Origin: Malacoraja senta
Taxonomy: Eukaryota
Length of the DNA: 64,000 nucleotides
Direction of reading: 5' to 3'
Assembly: GCA_038087875.1 (NCBI GenBank)
Contig: CM075987.1
Span: 17,362,001-17,426,000, forward strand
The notes beneath the pieces were generated by a model. That model was not told the DNA's origin, made no database searches, and saw nothing but the letters and a program-made list of their open reading frames with translations. A program made the position numbers and the translations under genes. Each line of letters opens with the position of its first letter. Position 1 is the first letter of the stretch. Shown piece after piece: positions 36,664 to 49,850 of this stretch.

Positions 36664-39600
36664 TCAGAAAATGTGATGGTTGCTTGCAAAGTGTTTGCCA
36701 AATTGGCTTGGCTTTTAAAGACTTCAGAAAATGGGTTGGTTGCTTGCAAAGTGTTTGCCAAGTTGGCTTGGCTTTTAAAGACTCTTCAGAAAATGTGTTG
36801 GTTGCTTGCAAAGTGTTTGCCAAGTTGGCTTGGCTTTTAAAGACTCTTCAGAAAATGTGTTGGTGGCTTGCAAAGTGTTTGACAAGTTGGCTTGGATTTT
36901 ATAGACTCCAGAAAATGGGTTGGTTGCTTGCAAAGTGTTTGCCAAATTGGCTTGGCTTTTAAAGACTCTTCAGAAAACGTGTTGGTTGCTTGCAAAGCGT
37001 TTGCCAAGTTGGCTTGGCTTTTAAAGACTTCAGAAAATGTGCTGGTTGCTTGAAAAGTGTTTACCAATTTGGCTTGGCTTTTAACGACTCTTCAGACTAT
37101 GTGTTGGTTGCTTGCAAAGTGTTTGCCAAGTTGGCTTGGCTTTTAAAGACTCTTCAGAAAATGTGTGGGTTTCTTGCAAAGCGTTTGGCAAGTTGGCTTG
37201 GCTTTTGAAGACTCTTCAGTAAATGTGTGGGTTTCTTGCAAAGCGTTTGGCAAGTTGGCTTGACTTTTAAAGACTCTTCAGAAAATGTGTGGGTTGCTTG
37301 CAAAGCGTTTGGGAAGTTGGCTTGGCTTTTAAAGACTCTTCAGAAAATGTGTGGGTTGCTTGCAAAGCGTTTGGCAAGTTCGCTTGGCTTTTAAAGACTC
37401 TTCAGGAAATGTGTTGGTTGCTTGCAAAGTGTTTTCCAAGTTGGTTTGGCTTTTAAAGACTTCAGAAAATGTGTTGGTTGCTTGCAAAGTGTTTGCCAAA
37501 TTGGCTTGGCTTTTAAAGACTTCAGACTATGTGTTGGTTGCTTGCAATGCGTTTGCAAAGTTGGCTTGGCTTTTAAAGACTTCAGAAAATGTGTTGGTTG
37601 CTTGGAATGTGTTTGCCATGTTGGCCTGGCTTTCAAAGACTTCATAAAATGTGTTGGTTGCATGCAAAGCGTTTGCCAAATTGGCTTGGCTCTTAAAGAC
37701 TCTTCAGAAGATGTGTTGGTTGCTTGCAAAGCGTTTGCCAAGTTGGCTTGGCTTTTAAAGACTCTTCAGAAATTGTGTTGGTTGCTTGCAAAGTGTTTGC
37801 CAAGTTGGCTTTGCTTTTAAAGACTCATCAGAAAATGTGTTGGTTGCTCGCAAAATGTTTGCCAAGTTGGCTTGGCTTTTAAAGACTCTTCAGGAAATGT
37901 GTTGGTTGCTTGCAAAGTGTTTTCCAAGTTGGTTTGGCTTTTAAAGACTTCAGAAAATGTGTTGGTTGCTTGCAAAGTGTTTGCCAAATTGGCTTGGCTT
38001 TTAAAGACCCTTCAGACTATGCGTTGGTTGCTTGCAAAGCGTTTGCCAAGTTGGCTTGGCTTTTAAAGACTCTTCAGAAAATGTGTTGGTTGCTTGCGAA
38101 GTGTTTGCCAAGTTGGCTTGGCTTTCAAAGATTCTTTAGAAAATGTGTTGGTTGCTTGCAAAGCGTTTGCAAAGTTGGCTTGGCTCTTAAAGCCTCTTCA
38201 GAAAATGTGTTGGTTGCTTGCAAAGCGTTTGCCAAGTTGGCTTGGCTTTTAAATACTCTTCAGAAAATGTCTTGGTTGCTTGCAAAGCGTTTGCCAAGTT
38301 GGCTTGGCATTCAAAGACTCTTCAGAAAATTTGTTGGTTGCTTGCAAAGTGTTTGCCAAATTGGCTTGGCTTTTAAAGACTCTTCAGAAAATGTGTTGGT
38401 TGCTTGCAAAGTGTTTGCCAAGTTCTCTTGGCTTTTAAAGACTCTTCAGAAAATGTGTTGGTTACTTTTAAAGCGATTGCCAAGTTGGTTTGACTTTTAA
38501 AGCCTCTTCAGAAAATGTGTTGGTTGTTTGCAAAGCGTTTGCCAAGTAGGCTTGGCTTTTAAAGACTCTTCAGAAAATGTGTTGGTTGCTTTCAAAGCGT
38601 TTGCCAAGTTAGCTTGACTCATAATGACTCTTCAGAAAATGTCTTGGTTGCTTGAAAAGCGTTTGCCATGTTGGCTTTGCTTTTAAAGACTCTTCAGAAG
38701 ATGTGTTGGTTGCTTGCAAAGTGTTTGCCAAGTTGGCTTGGCTTTTAATGGCTCTTCAGGAAATGTGTTGGTTGCTTGCAAAGTGTTTTCTAAGTTGGTT
38801 TGGCTTTTAAAGACTTCAGAAAATGTGTTGGTTGCTTGCAAAGTGTTTGCAGAGTTAGCTTGGCTTTTAAAGACTTCACAAAATGTGTTGGTTGCTTGCA
38901 AAGTGTTTGCCAAATTGGCTTGGCTTTTAAAGACTCTTCAGACTATGTGTTGGTTACTTCCAAAGTGTTTGCCAAATTGGCTTGGCTTTTAAAGACTCTT
39001 CAAAAAATGTGTTGGTTGCTTGCAAAGTGTTTGCCAAGTTGGCTTGGCTTTTAAAGACTCTTCAGAAAATGTGTGGGTTGCTTGCAAAGCGTTTGGCAAG
39101 TTGGCTTGGCTTCTAAAGGCTCTTCAGAAAATGTGTTGGTTGCTTGCAAAGCGTTTGCCAAGTTGGCTTGGCTTTCAATGACTCTTCAGAAATGTGTTGG
39201 ATGCTTGCAAATTGTTTGCCAAGTTGGCTTGGCTTTTAAAGACTCTTCAGAAAATGTGTTGGTTGCTTGCAAAGTGTTTGCCAAGTTGGCTTGGCTTTTG
39301 AAGACTCTTCAGAATATGTGTTGGTTGCTTGCAAAGGGTTTGCCAAATTGGCTTGGCTTTTAAAGACTCTTCAGAAAATGTGTTGGTTGCTTGCAAAGTG
39401 TTTGCCAAGTTGGCTTGGCTTTTAAAGACACTTCAGAAAATGTGTTGGTTGCTTGTAAAGTGTTTGCCAAATTGGCTTGGCTTTTAAAGACTCTTCAGAA
39501 AATGTGTTGGTTGCTTGCAAAGTGTTTGCCAAGTTGGCTTGGCTTTTAAAGACTCTTCAGAAAATCTGTTGGTTGCTTGCAAAGCGTTTACCAAGTTAGC

Positions 39601-40029
39601 TTGGCTTTTAAAGACTCTTCAGAAAATGTGTTGGTTGCTTGCAAAGCGTTTGGCAAGTTGGCTTGGCTTTTTAAGACGCTTCAGAAAATGTGTTGGTTGC
39701 TTACAAAGCGTTTGGCAAGTTGGTTTGGCTTTTAAAGACTCTTCAGAAAATGTGTTGGTTGCTTTCAAAGCGTTTGCCAAGTTAGCTTGACTTATAAAGA
39801 CTCTTCAGGAAATGTGTTGGTTGCTTGCAAAGTGTTTTCCAAGTTGGTTTGGCTTTTAATGACATCAGAAAATGTGTTGGTTGCTTGCAAAGTGTTTGCC
39901 AAGTTGGCTTGGCTTTCAAAGACTTCACAAAATGTGTTGGTTGTTTGCAAAGTGTTTGCCAAGTTGGCTTGGCTTTTAAAGACACTTCAGAAAATGTGTT
40001 GGTTGCTTTCAAAGCGTTTGCCAAGTTAG

Positions 40030-41600
40030 CTTGACTTTTAAATACTCTTCAGAAAATGTGTTGGTTGCGTGCAAGGCGTTTGCCCAGTTGGCTTGGCTTA
40101 CAATGACTTCAGAAAATGTGTTGGTTGCTTGCAAAGCCTTTCCCAAATTGGCTTGGCTTTTAAAGACTCTTCAGAAAATGTGTTGGTTGCTTGCAAAGTG
40201 GTTGCCAAGTTGGCTTGGCTTTTATAGACTCTTCAGAAAATGTGTTGGTTGCTTTCAAAGAGATTGCCAAGTTAGCTTGACTTATAAAGACTCTTCAGGA
40301 AATGTGTTGGTTGCTTGCAAGGCGTTTGCCCAGTTGGCTTGGCTTTTAATGACTTCAGAAAATGTGTTGGTTGCTTGCAAAGCGATTGCCAAGTTGGTTT
40401 GGCTTTTGAAGCCTCTTCAGAAAACGTGCTGGTTGCTTGAAAAGCGTTTGCCAAGTAGGCTTGGCTTTTAAAGACTCTTTAGAAAATGTGTTGGTTGCTT
40501 TCAAAGCGTTTGCCAAGTTAGCTTGACTTATGAAGACTCTTCATAAAATGTCTTGGTTGCTTGCAAAGCGTTTGCCAAGTTGGCTTGGCTTTTAAATACT
40601 CTCCAGAAAATTTCTTGGTTGGTTGCAAAGCGTTTGCCAAGTAGGCTTGGCTTTCCAAGACTTCAGAAAATGTGTTGGTTGCTTGGAAAGTGTTTGCCAA
40701 GTTGGCTTGGCTTTTAAAGGCTCTTCAGAAAATAGGTTGGTTGCTTTCAAAGCGTTTGCAAAGTTAGCTTGACTTATAAAGACTCTTCAGGAAATGTGTT
40801 GGTTGCTTGCAAAGTGTTTTCCAAGTTGGTTTGGCTTTTAATGACATCAGAAAATGTGTTGGTTGCTTGCAAAGTGTTTGCCAAGTTGGCTTGACTTTTA
40901 AATACTCTTCAGAAAATGTGTTGGTTGCGTGCAAGGCGTTTGCCCAGTTGCATGGCTTACAATGACTTCAGAAAATGTGTTGGTTGCTTGCAAAGCCTTT
41001 CCCAAATTGGCTTGGCTTTTAAAGACTCTTCAGAAAATGTGTTGGTTGCTTGCAAAGTGGTTGCCAAGTTGGCTTGGCTTTTATAGACTCTTCAGAAAAT
41101 GTGTTGGTTGCTTTCAAAGAGATTGCCAAGTTAGCTTGACTTATAAAGACTCTTCAGGAAATGTGTTGGTTGCTTGCAAGGCGTTTGCCCAGTTGGCTTG
41201 GCTTTTAATGACTTCAGAAAATGTGTTGGTTGCTTGCAAAGTGATTGCCAAGTTGGTTTGGCTTTTGAAGCCTCTTCAGAAAACGTGTTGGTTGCTTGAA
41301 AAGCGTTTGCCAAGTAGGCTTGGCTTTTAAAGACTCTTTAGAAAATGTGTTGGTTGCTTTCAAAGCGTTTGCCAAGTTAGCTTGACTTATGAAGACTCTT
41401 CATAAAATGTCTTGGTTGCTTGCAAAGCGTTTGCCAAGTTGGCTTGGCTTTTAAATACTCTCCAGAAAATTTCTCGGTTGGTTGCAAAGCGTTTGCCAAG
41501 TAGGCTTGGCTTTCAAAGACTTCAGAAAATGTGTTGGTTGCTTGCAAAGTGTTTGCCAAGTTGGCTTGGCTTTTAAAGACTCTTCAGAAAATAGGTTGGT
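40030..41600. repeat. Higher-order duplication, period about 859-860 bp (2 copies)
   Basis: Offsets 40272/41131 and 40518/41377. Shared markers GTTGCGTGCAAGG and CAAAGAGATTGCC. Confidence 0.85.
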
Positions 41601-42609
41601 TGCTTGAAAAGTGTTTACCAAGTTGGCTTGGCTTTTAAAGACTCTTCAGAAAATGGGTTGGTTGCTTGCAAAGTGTTTGCCAAATTGGCTTGGCGTTCAA
41701 AGACTCCACAGAAAATGTGTGGGTTGCTTGCAAAGCGTTTGGCAAGTTGGCTTGGCTTTTAAAGACTCTTCAGTAAATGTGTGGGTTGCTTGCAAAGCGT
41801 TTCGCAAGTTGGCTTGACTTTTAAAGACTCTTGAGAAAATGTGTGGGTTGCCTGCGAAGCGTTTGGCAAGTTGGCTTGGCTTTTAAAGACTCTTCAGAAA
41901 ATGTGTTAGTTGCTTGCAAAGCGTTTGGCAAGTTGGCTTGGCTTTTAAAGACTCTTCAGAAAATGTGTGGGTTGCTTGCTAAGCGTTTGGCAAGTTGGCT
42001 TGATTCTAAAGACTCTTCAGTAAATGTGTGGGTTGCTTGCAAAGCGTTTGCCAAGTTGGCTTGGCTTTTAAGGACTCTTCAGAAAATGTGTTGGTTGCTT
42101 GCAAAGCGTTTGCCAAGTTGGCTTGGCTTTTAAAGACTCTTCAGAAAATGTGTTGGTTGCTTGCAAAGTGTTTGCCAAGTTGGCGTGGCTTTCAAAGACT
42201 CTTCAGAAATGTGTTGGTTGCTTGCAAAGCGTTTGCAAAGTTGGCTTGGCTTTTAAAGCCTCTTCAGAAAATGAGTTGGTTGCTTGCAAAGTGTTTGCCA
42301 AGTTGGCTTGGCTTTTGAAGACTCTTCAGAATATGTGTTGGTTGCTTGCAAAGGGTTTGCCAAATTGGCTTGGCTTTTAAAGACTCTTCAGAAAATGTGC
42401 TGGTTGCTTGCAAAGTGTTTGCCAAGTTGGCTTGGCTTTTAAAGACTCTTCAGAAAATGTGTTGGTTGCTTGTAAAGTGTATGCCAAATTGGCTTGGCTC
42501 TTAAAGACTCTTCAGAAAATGTGTTGGTTGCTTGCAAGGCGTTTGCCCAGGTGGCTTGGCTTTTAATGACTTCAGAAAATGTGTTGGTTGCTTGCAAAGT
42601 GTTTGCCAA

Positions 42610-45600
42610 GTTGGCTTGGCTTTTGAAGACTCTTGAGAAAATGTGTTGGTTGCTTGCAAAGTGTTTGCCAAGTTGGCTTGGATTTTAAAGACTCTTCAGA
42701 AAATGGGTTGGTTGCTTGCAAAATGTTTGCCAAATTGGCTTGGCTTTTGAAGACTCTTCAGAAAATGTGTTGGTTGCTTGATAAGTGTTTTCCAAGTTGG
42801 CCTGGCTTTTAAAGACTCTTCACAAAATCTGTTGGCTGCTTGCATTGTGTTTGCCAAGTAGGCTTGGCTTTTAAAGACTCTTTAGAAAATGTGTTGGTTG
42901 CATTCAAAGCGTTTGACAAGTTAGCTTGACTTATGAAGACTCTTCATAAAATGTCTTGGTTGCTTGCAAAGCGTTTGCCAAGTTGGCTTGGCTTTTAAAT
43001 ACTCTCCAGAAAATTTCTTGTTTGCTTGCAAAGCGTTTGCCAAGTAGGCTTGGCTTTCAAAGACTTCAGAAAATGTGTGGGTTGCTTGCAAAGTGTTTGC
43101 CAAGTTGGCTTGGCTTTTAAAGACTCTTCAGAAAATAGGTTGGTTGCTTGAAAAGTGTTTACCAAGTTGGCTTGGCTTTTAAAGACTCTTCAGAAAATGG
43201 GTTGGTTGCTTGCAAAGTGTTTGCCATATTGGCTTGGCTTTCAAAGACTCCACAGAAAATGTGTGGGTTGCTTGCAAAGCGTTTGGCAAGTTGGCTTGGC
43301 TTTTAAAGACTCTTCAGTAAATGTGTGGGTTGCTTGCAAAGCGTTTCGCAAGTTGGCTTGACTTTTAAAGACTCTTCAGAAAATGTGTGGGTTGCCTGCG
43401 AAGCGTTTGGCAAGTTGGCTTGGCTTTTAAAGGCTCTTCAGAAAATGTGTTAGTTGCTTGCAAAGCGTTTGGCAAGTTGGCTTGGCTTTTAAAGACTCTT
43501 CAGAAAATGTGTGGGTTGCTTGCAAAGCGTTTGGCAAGTTGGCTTGATTCTAAAGACTCTTCAGTAAATGTGTGGGTTGCTTGCAAAGCGTTTGCCAAGT
43601 TGGCTTGGCTTTTAAAGACTCTTCAGAAAATGGGTTGGTTGCTTGCAAAGCGTTTGCCAAGTTGGCTTGGCTTTTAAGGACTCTTCAGAAAATGTGTTGG
43701 TTGCTTGCAAAGCGTTTGCCAAGTTGGCTTGGCTTTTAAAGACTCTTCAGAAAATGTGTTGGTTGCTTGCAAAGTGTTTGCCAAGTTGGCTTGGCTTTTG
43801 AAGACTCTTCAGAATATGTGTTGGTTGCTTGCAAAGGGTTTGCCAAATTGGCTTGGCTTTTAAAGACTCTTCAGAAAATGTGTTGGTTGCTTGCAAAGTG
43901 TTTGCCAAGTTGGCTTGGCTTTTAAAGACTCTTCAGAAAATGTGTTGGTTGCTTGTAAAGTGTATGCCAAATTGGCTTGGCTTTTAAAGACTCTTCAGAA
44001 AATGTGTTGGTTGCTTGCAAGGCGTTTGCCCAGGTGGCTTGGCTTTTAATGACTTCAGAAAATGTGTTGGTTGCTTGCAAAGCGATTGCCAAGTTGGTTT
44101 GGCTTTCAAAGCCTCTTCAGAAAATGTGTTGGTTGCTTGCAAAGCGTTTGCCAAGTAGGCTTGGCTTTTAAAGTCTCTTCAGAAAATGTCTTGGTTGCTT
44201 GCAAAGCGTTTGCCAAGTTGGCTTGGCTTTTAAAGACTCTTCAGAAAATGTCTTGGTTGCTTGCAAAGCGTTTGCCAAGTTGGCTTGGCTTTTAATGACT
44301 CTTCAGAAAATGTGTTGGTTGCTTGCAAAGTGTTTGCCAAGTTGGCGTGGCTTTTGAAGACTCTTGAGAAAATGTGTTGGTTGCTTGCAAAGTGTTTGCC
44401 AAGTTGGCTTGGATTTTAAAGTCTTCAGAAAATGTGTTGGTTGCTTGCAAAGTGTTTGCCAAATTGGCTTGGCTTTTAAAGACTCTTCTGAAAATGTGAT
44501 GGTTGCTTGCAAAGCGTTTCGCAAGTTGGCTTGACTTTTAAAGACTCTTCAGAAAATGTGTGGGTTGCCTGCAAAGCGTTTCGCAAGTTGGCTTGGGTTT
44601 TAAAGACTCTTCAGTAAATGTGTTAGTTGCTTGCAAAGCGTTTGGCAAGTTGGCTTGGCTTTTAAAGACTCTTCAGAAAATGTGTGGGTTGCTTGCAAAG
44701 CGTTTGGCAAGTTGGCTTGATTCCAAAGACTCTTCAGTAAATGTGTGGGTTGCTTGCAAAGCGTTTGCCAAGTTGGCTTGGCTTTTAAAGACTCTTCAGA
44801 AAATGGGTTGGTTGCTTGCAAAGCGTTTGCCAAGTTGGCTTGGCTTTTAAGGACTCTTCAGAACATGTGTTGGTTGCTTGCAAAGCGTTTGCCAAGTTGG
44901 CTTGGCTTTTAAAGACTCTTCACAAAATGTGTTGGCTGCTTGCATTGTGTTTGCCAAGTTGACTTGGCTTTTAAAGACTCTTCAGAAAACGTGTTGGTTG
45001 CTTGCAAGGCGTTTGCCCAGTTGGCTTGGCTTACAATGACTTCAGGAAATGTGTTGGTTGCTTGCAAAGCGTTTCCCAAATTGGCTTGGCTTTTAAAGAC
45101 TCTTCAGAAAATATGTTGGTTGCTTGTAAAGTGTTTGCCAAATTGGCTTGGCTTATAAAGACTCTTCAGAAAATGTGTTGGTTGCTTGCAAAGTGTTTGC
45201 CAAGTTGGGTTGGCTTTTAAAGACTCTTCAGAAAATGTGTTGGTTGCTTGCAAAGCGTTTACCAAGTTGGCTTGGCTTTTAAAGACTCTTCAGAAAATGT
45301 GTTGGTTGCTTGCAAAGCGTTTGGCAAGTTGGCTTGGCTTTTAAAGACTCTTCAGAAAATGTGTTGGTTGCTTGCAAAGCGTTTGGCAAGTTGGCTTGAT
45401 TCTAAAGACTCTTCAGTAAATGTGTGGGTTGCTTGCAAAGCGTTTGCCAAGTTGGCTTGGCTTTTAAAGACTCTTCAGAAAATGGGTTGGTTGCTTGCAA
45501 AGCGTTCGCCAAGTTGGCTTGGCTTTTAAGGACTCTTCAGAAAATGTGTTGGTTGCTTGCAAAGCGTTTGCCAAGTTGGCTTGGCTTTTAAAGACTCTTC

Positions 45601-48600
45601 AGAAAATGTGTTGGTTGCTTGCAAAGTGTTTGCCAAGTTGGCTTGGCTTTTGAAGACTCTTCAGAATATGTGTTGGTTGCTTGCAAAGGGTTTGCCAAAT
45701 TGGCTTGGCTTTTAAAGACTCTTCAGAAAATGTGTTGGTTGCTTGCAAAGTGTTTGCCAAGTTGGCTTGGCTTTTAAAGACTCTTCAGAAAATGTGTTGG
45801 TTGCTTGTAAAGTGTATGCCAAATTGGCTTGGCTTTTAAAGACTCTTCAGAAAATGTGTTGGTTGCTTGCAAGGCATTTGCCCAGGTGGCTTGGCTTTTA
45901 ATGACTTCAGAAAATGTGTTGGTTGCTTGCAAAGCGATTGCCAAGTTGGTTTGGCTTTCAAAGCCTCTTCAGAAAATGTGTTGGTTGCTTGCAAAGCGTT
46001 TGCCAAGTAGGCTTGGATTTTAAAGACTCTTCAGAAAATGTGTTGGTTGCTTGCAAAGTGTTTGGCAAGTTGGCTTGGCTTTTAATGACTCTTCAGAAAA
46101 TGTGTTGGTTGCTTGCAAAGTGTTTGCCAAGTTGGCGTGGCTTTTGAAGACTCTTGAGAAAATGTGTTGGTTGCTTGCAAAGTGTTTGCCAAGTTGGCTT
46201 GGCTTTTAAAGACTCTTCAGAAAATGGGTTGGTTGCTTGCAAAGCGTTTGCCAAGTTGGCTTGGCTTTTAAGGACTCTTCAGAAAATGTGTTGGTTGCTT
46301 GCAAAGCGTTTGCCAAGTTGGCGTGGCTTTTGAAGACTCTTGAGAAAATGTGTTGGTTGCTTGCAAAGTGTTTGCCAAGTTGGCTTGGATTTTAAAGACT
46401 CTTCAGAAAATGGGTTGGTTGCTTGCAAAATGTTTGCCAAATTGGCTTGGCTTTTGAAGACTCTTCAGAAAATGTGTTGGTTGCTTGATAAGTGTTTTCC
46501 AAGTTGGCCTGGCTTTTAAAGACTCTTCACAAAATCTGTTGGCTGCTTGCATTGTGTTTGCCAAGTAGGCTTGGCTTTTAAAGACTCTTTAGAAAATGTG
46601 TTGGTTGCATTCAAAGCGTTTGACAAGTTAGCTTGACTTATGAAGACTCTTCATAAAATGTCTTGGTTGCTTGCAAAGCGTTTGCCAAGTTGGCTTGGCT
46701 TTTAAATACTCTCCAGAAAATTTCTTGTTTGCTTGCAAAGCGTTTGCCAAGTAGGCTTGGCTTTCAAAGACTTCAGAAAATGTGTGGGTTGCTTGCAAAG
46801 TGTTTGCCAAGTTGGCTTGGCTTTTAAAGACTCTTCAGAAAATAGGTTGGTTGCTTGAAAAGTGTTTACCAAGTTGGCTTGGCTTTTAAAGACTCTTCAG
46901 AAAATGGGTTGGTTGCTTGCAAAGTGTTTGCCATATTGGCTTGGCTTTCAAAGACTCCACAGAAAATGTGTGGGTTGCTTGCAAAGCGTTTGGCAAGTTG
47001 GCTTGGCTTTTAAAGACTCTTCAGTAAATGTGTGGGTTGCTTGCAAAGCGTTTCGCAAGTTGGCTTGACTTTTAAAGACTCTTCAGAAAATGTGTGGGTT
47101 GCCTGCGAAGCGTTTGGCAAGTTGGCTTGGCTTTTAAAGGCTCTTCAGAAAATGTGTTAGTTGCTTGCAAAGCGTTTGGCAAGTTGGCTTGGCTTTTAAA
47201 GACTCTTCAGAAAATGTGTGGGTTGCTTGCAAAGCGTTTGGCAAGTTGGCTTGATTCTAAAGACTCTTCAGTAAATGTGTGGGTTGCTTGCAAAGCGTTT
47301 GCCAAGTTGGCTTGGCTTTTAAAGACTCTTCAGAAAATGGGTTGGTTGCTTGCAAAGCGTTTGCCAAGTTGGCTTGGCTTTTAAGGACTCTTCAGAAAAT
47401 GTGTTGGTTGCTTGCAAAGCGTTTGCCAAGTTGGCTTGGCTTTTAAAGACTCTTCAGAAAATGTGTTGGTTGCTTGCAAAGTGTTTGCCAAGTTGGCTTG
47501 GCTTTTGAAGACTCTTCAGAATATGTGTTGGTTGCTTGCAAAGGGTTTGCCAAATTGGCTTGGCTTTTAAAGACTCTTCAGAAAATGTGTTGGTTGCTTG
47601 CAAAGTGTTTGCCAAGTTGGCTTGGCTTTTAAAGACTCTTCAGAAAATGTGTTGGTTGCTTGTAAAGTGTATGCCAAATTGGCTTGGCTTTTAAAGACTC
47701 TTCAGAAAATGTGTTGGTTGCTTGCAAGGCGTTTGCCCAGGTGGCTTGGCTTTTAATGACTTCAGAAAATGTGTTGGTTGCTTGCAAAGCGATTGCCAAG
47801 TTGGTTTGGCTTTCAAAGCCTCTTCAGAAAATGTGTTGGTTGCTTGCAAAGCGTTTGCCAAGTAGGCTTGGCTTTTAAAGTCTCTTCAGAAAATGTCTTG
47901 GTTGCTTGCAAAGCGTTTGCCAAGTTGGCTTGGCTTTTAAAGACTCTTCAGAAAATGTCTTGGTTGCTTGCAAAGCGTTTGCCAAGTTGGCTTGGCTTTT
48001 AATGACTCTTCAGAAAATGTGTTGGTTGCTTGCAAAGTGTTTGCCAAGTTGGCGTGGCTTTTGAAGACTCTTGAGAAAATGTGTTGGTTGCTTGCAAAGT
48101 GTTTGCCAAGTTGGCTTGGATTTTAAAGTCTTCAGAAAATGTGTTGGTTGCTTGCAAAGTGTTTGCCAAATTGGCTTGGCTTTTAAAGACTCTTCTGAAA
48201 ATGTGATGGTTGCTTGCAAAGCGTTTCGCAAGTTGGCTTGACTTTTAAAGACTCTTCAGAAAATGTGTGGGTTGCCTGCAAAGCGTTTCGCAAGTTGGCT
48301 TGGGTTTTAAAGACTCTTCAGTAAATGTGTTAGTTGCTTGCAAAGCGTTTGGCAAGTTGGCTTGGCTTTTAAAGACTCTTCAGAAAATGTGTGGGTTGCT
48401 TGCAAAGCGTTTGGCAAGTTGGCTTGATTCTAAAGACTCTTCAGTAAATGTGTGGGTTGCTTGCAAAGCGTTTGCCAAGTTGGCTTGGCTTTTAAAGACT
48501 CTTCAGAAAATGGGTTGGTTGCTTGCAAAGCGTTTGCCAAGTTGGCTTGGCTTTTAAGGACTCTTCAGAACATGTGTTGGTTGCTTGCAAAGCGTTTGCC

Positions 48601-49850
48601 AAGTTGGCTTGGCTTTTAAAGACTCTTCACAAAATGTGTTGGCTGCTTGCATTGTGTTTGCCAAGTTGACTTGGCTTTTAAAGACTCTTCAGAAAACGTG
48701 TTGGTTGCTTGCAAGGCGTTTGCCCAGTTGGCTTGGCTTACAATGACTTCAGGAAATGTGTTGGTTGCTTGCAAAGCGTTTCCCAAATTGGCTTGGCTTT
48801 TAAAGACTCTTCAGAAAATATGTTGGTTGCTTGTAAAGTGTTTGCCAAATTGGCTTGGCTTATAAAGACTCTTCAGAAAATGTGTTGGTTGCTTGCAAAG
48901 TGTTTGCCAAGTTGGGTTGGCTTTTAAAGACTCTTCAGAAAATGTGTTGGTTGCTTGCAAAGCGTTTACCAAGTTGGCTTGGCTTTTAAAGACTCTTCAG
49001 AAAATGTGTTGGTTGCTTGCAAAGCGTTTGGCAAGTTGGCTTGGCTTTTAAAGACTCTTCAGAAAATGTGTTGGTTGCTTGCAAAGCGTTTGGCAAGTTG
49101 GCTTGGCTTTTAAAGACTCTTCAGAAAATGGGTTGGTTGCTTGCAAAGCGTTTGCCAAGTTGGCTTGGCTTTTAAGGACTCTTCAGAAAATGTGTTGGTT
49201 GCTTGCAAAGCGTTTGCCAAGTTGGCTTGGCTTTTAAAGACTCTTCAGAAAATGTGTTGGTTGCTTGCAAAGTGTTTGCCAAGTTGGCTTGGCTTTTGAA
49301 GACTCTTCAGAATATGTGTTGGTTGCTTGCAAAGGGTTTGCCAAATTGGCTTGGCTTTTAAAGACTCTTCAGAAAATGTGTTGGTTGCTTGCAAAGTGTT
49401 TGCCAAGTTGGCTTGGCTTTTAAAGACTCTTCAGAAAATGTGTTGGTTGCTTGTAAAGTGTATGCCAAATTGGCTTGGCTTTTAAAGACTCTTCAGAAAA
49501 TGTGTTGGTTGCTTGCAAGGCATTTGCCCAGGTGGCTTGGCTTTTAATGACTTCAGAAAATGTGTTGGTTGCTTGCAAAGCGATTGCCAAGTTGGTTTGG
49601 CTTTCAAAGCCTCTTCAGAAAATGTGTTGGTTGCTTGCAAAGCGTTTGCCAAGTAGGCTTGGATTTTAAAGACTCTTCAGAAAATGTGTTGGTTGCTTGC
49701 AAAGTGTTTGGCAAGTTGGCTTGGCTTTTAATGACTCTTCAGAAAATGTGTTGGTTGCTTGCAAAGTGTTTGCCAAGTTGGCGTGGCTTTTGAAGACTCT
49801 TGAGAAAATGTGTTGGTTGCTTGCAAAGTGTTTGCCAAGTTGGCTTGGAT
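42610..49850. repeat. Higher-order duplication, period 3707 bp (about 60 monomers), shifting to 3646 bp after loss of one 61-bp monomer
   Basis: Offsets 42921/46628 and 45002/48709 (3707), then 45829/49475 (3646). Confidence 0.88.

Larger units (their letters stand above)
36497..36679 (+). repeat. 16-bp direct repeat pair (target-site duplication) TCAGAAAATGTGATGG at 36497-36512 and 36664-36679
   Basis: Exact direct repeat abutting both insert ends. Removing the insert plus one copy restores a normal monomer. Confidence 0.85.
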
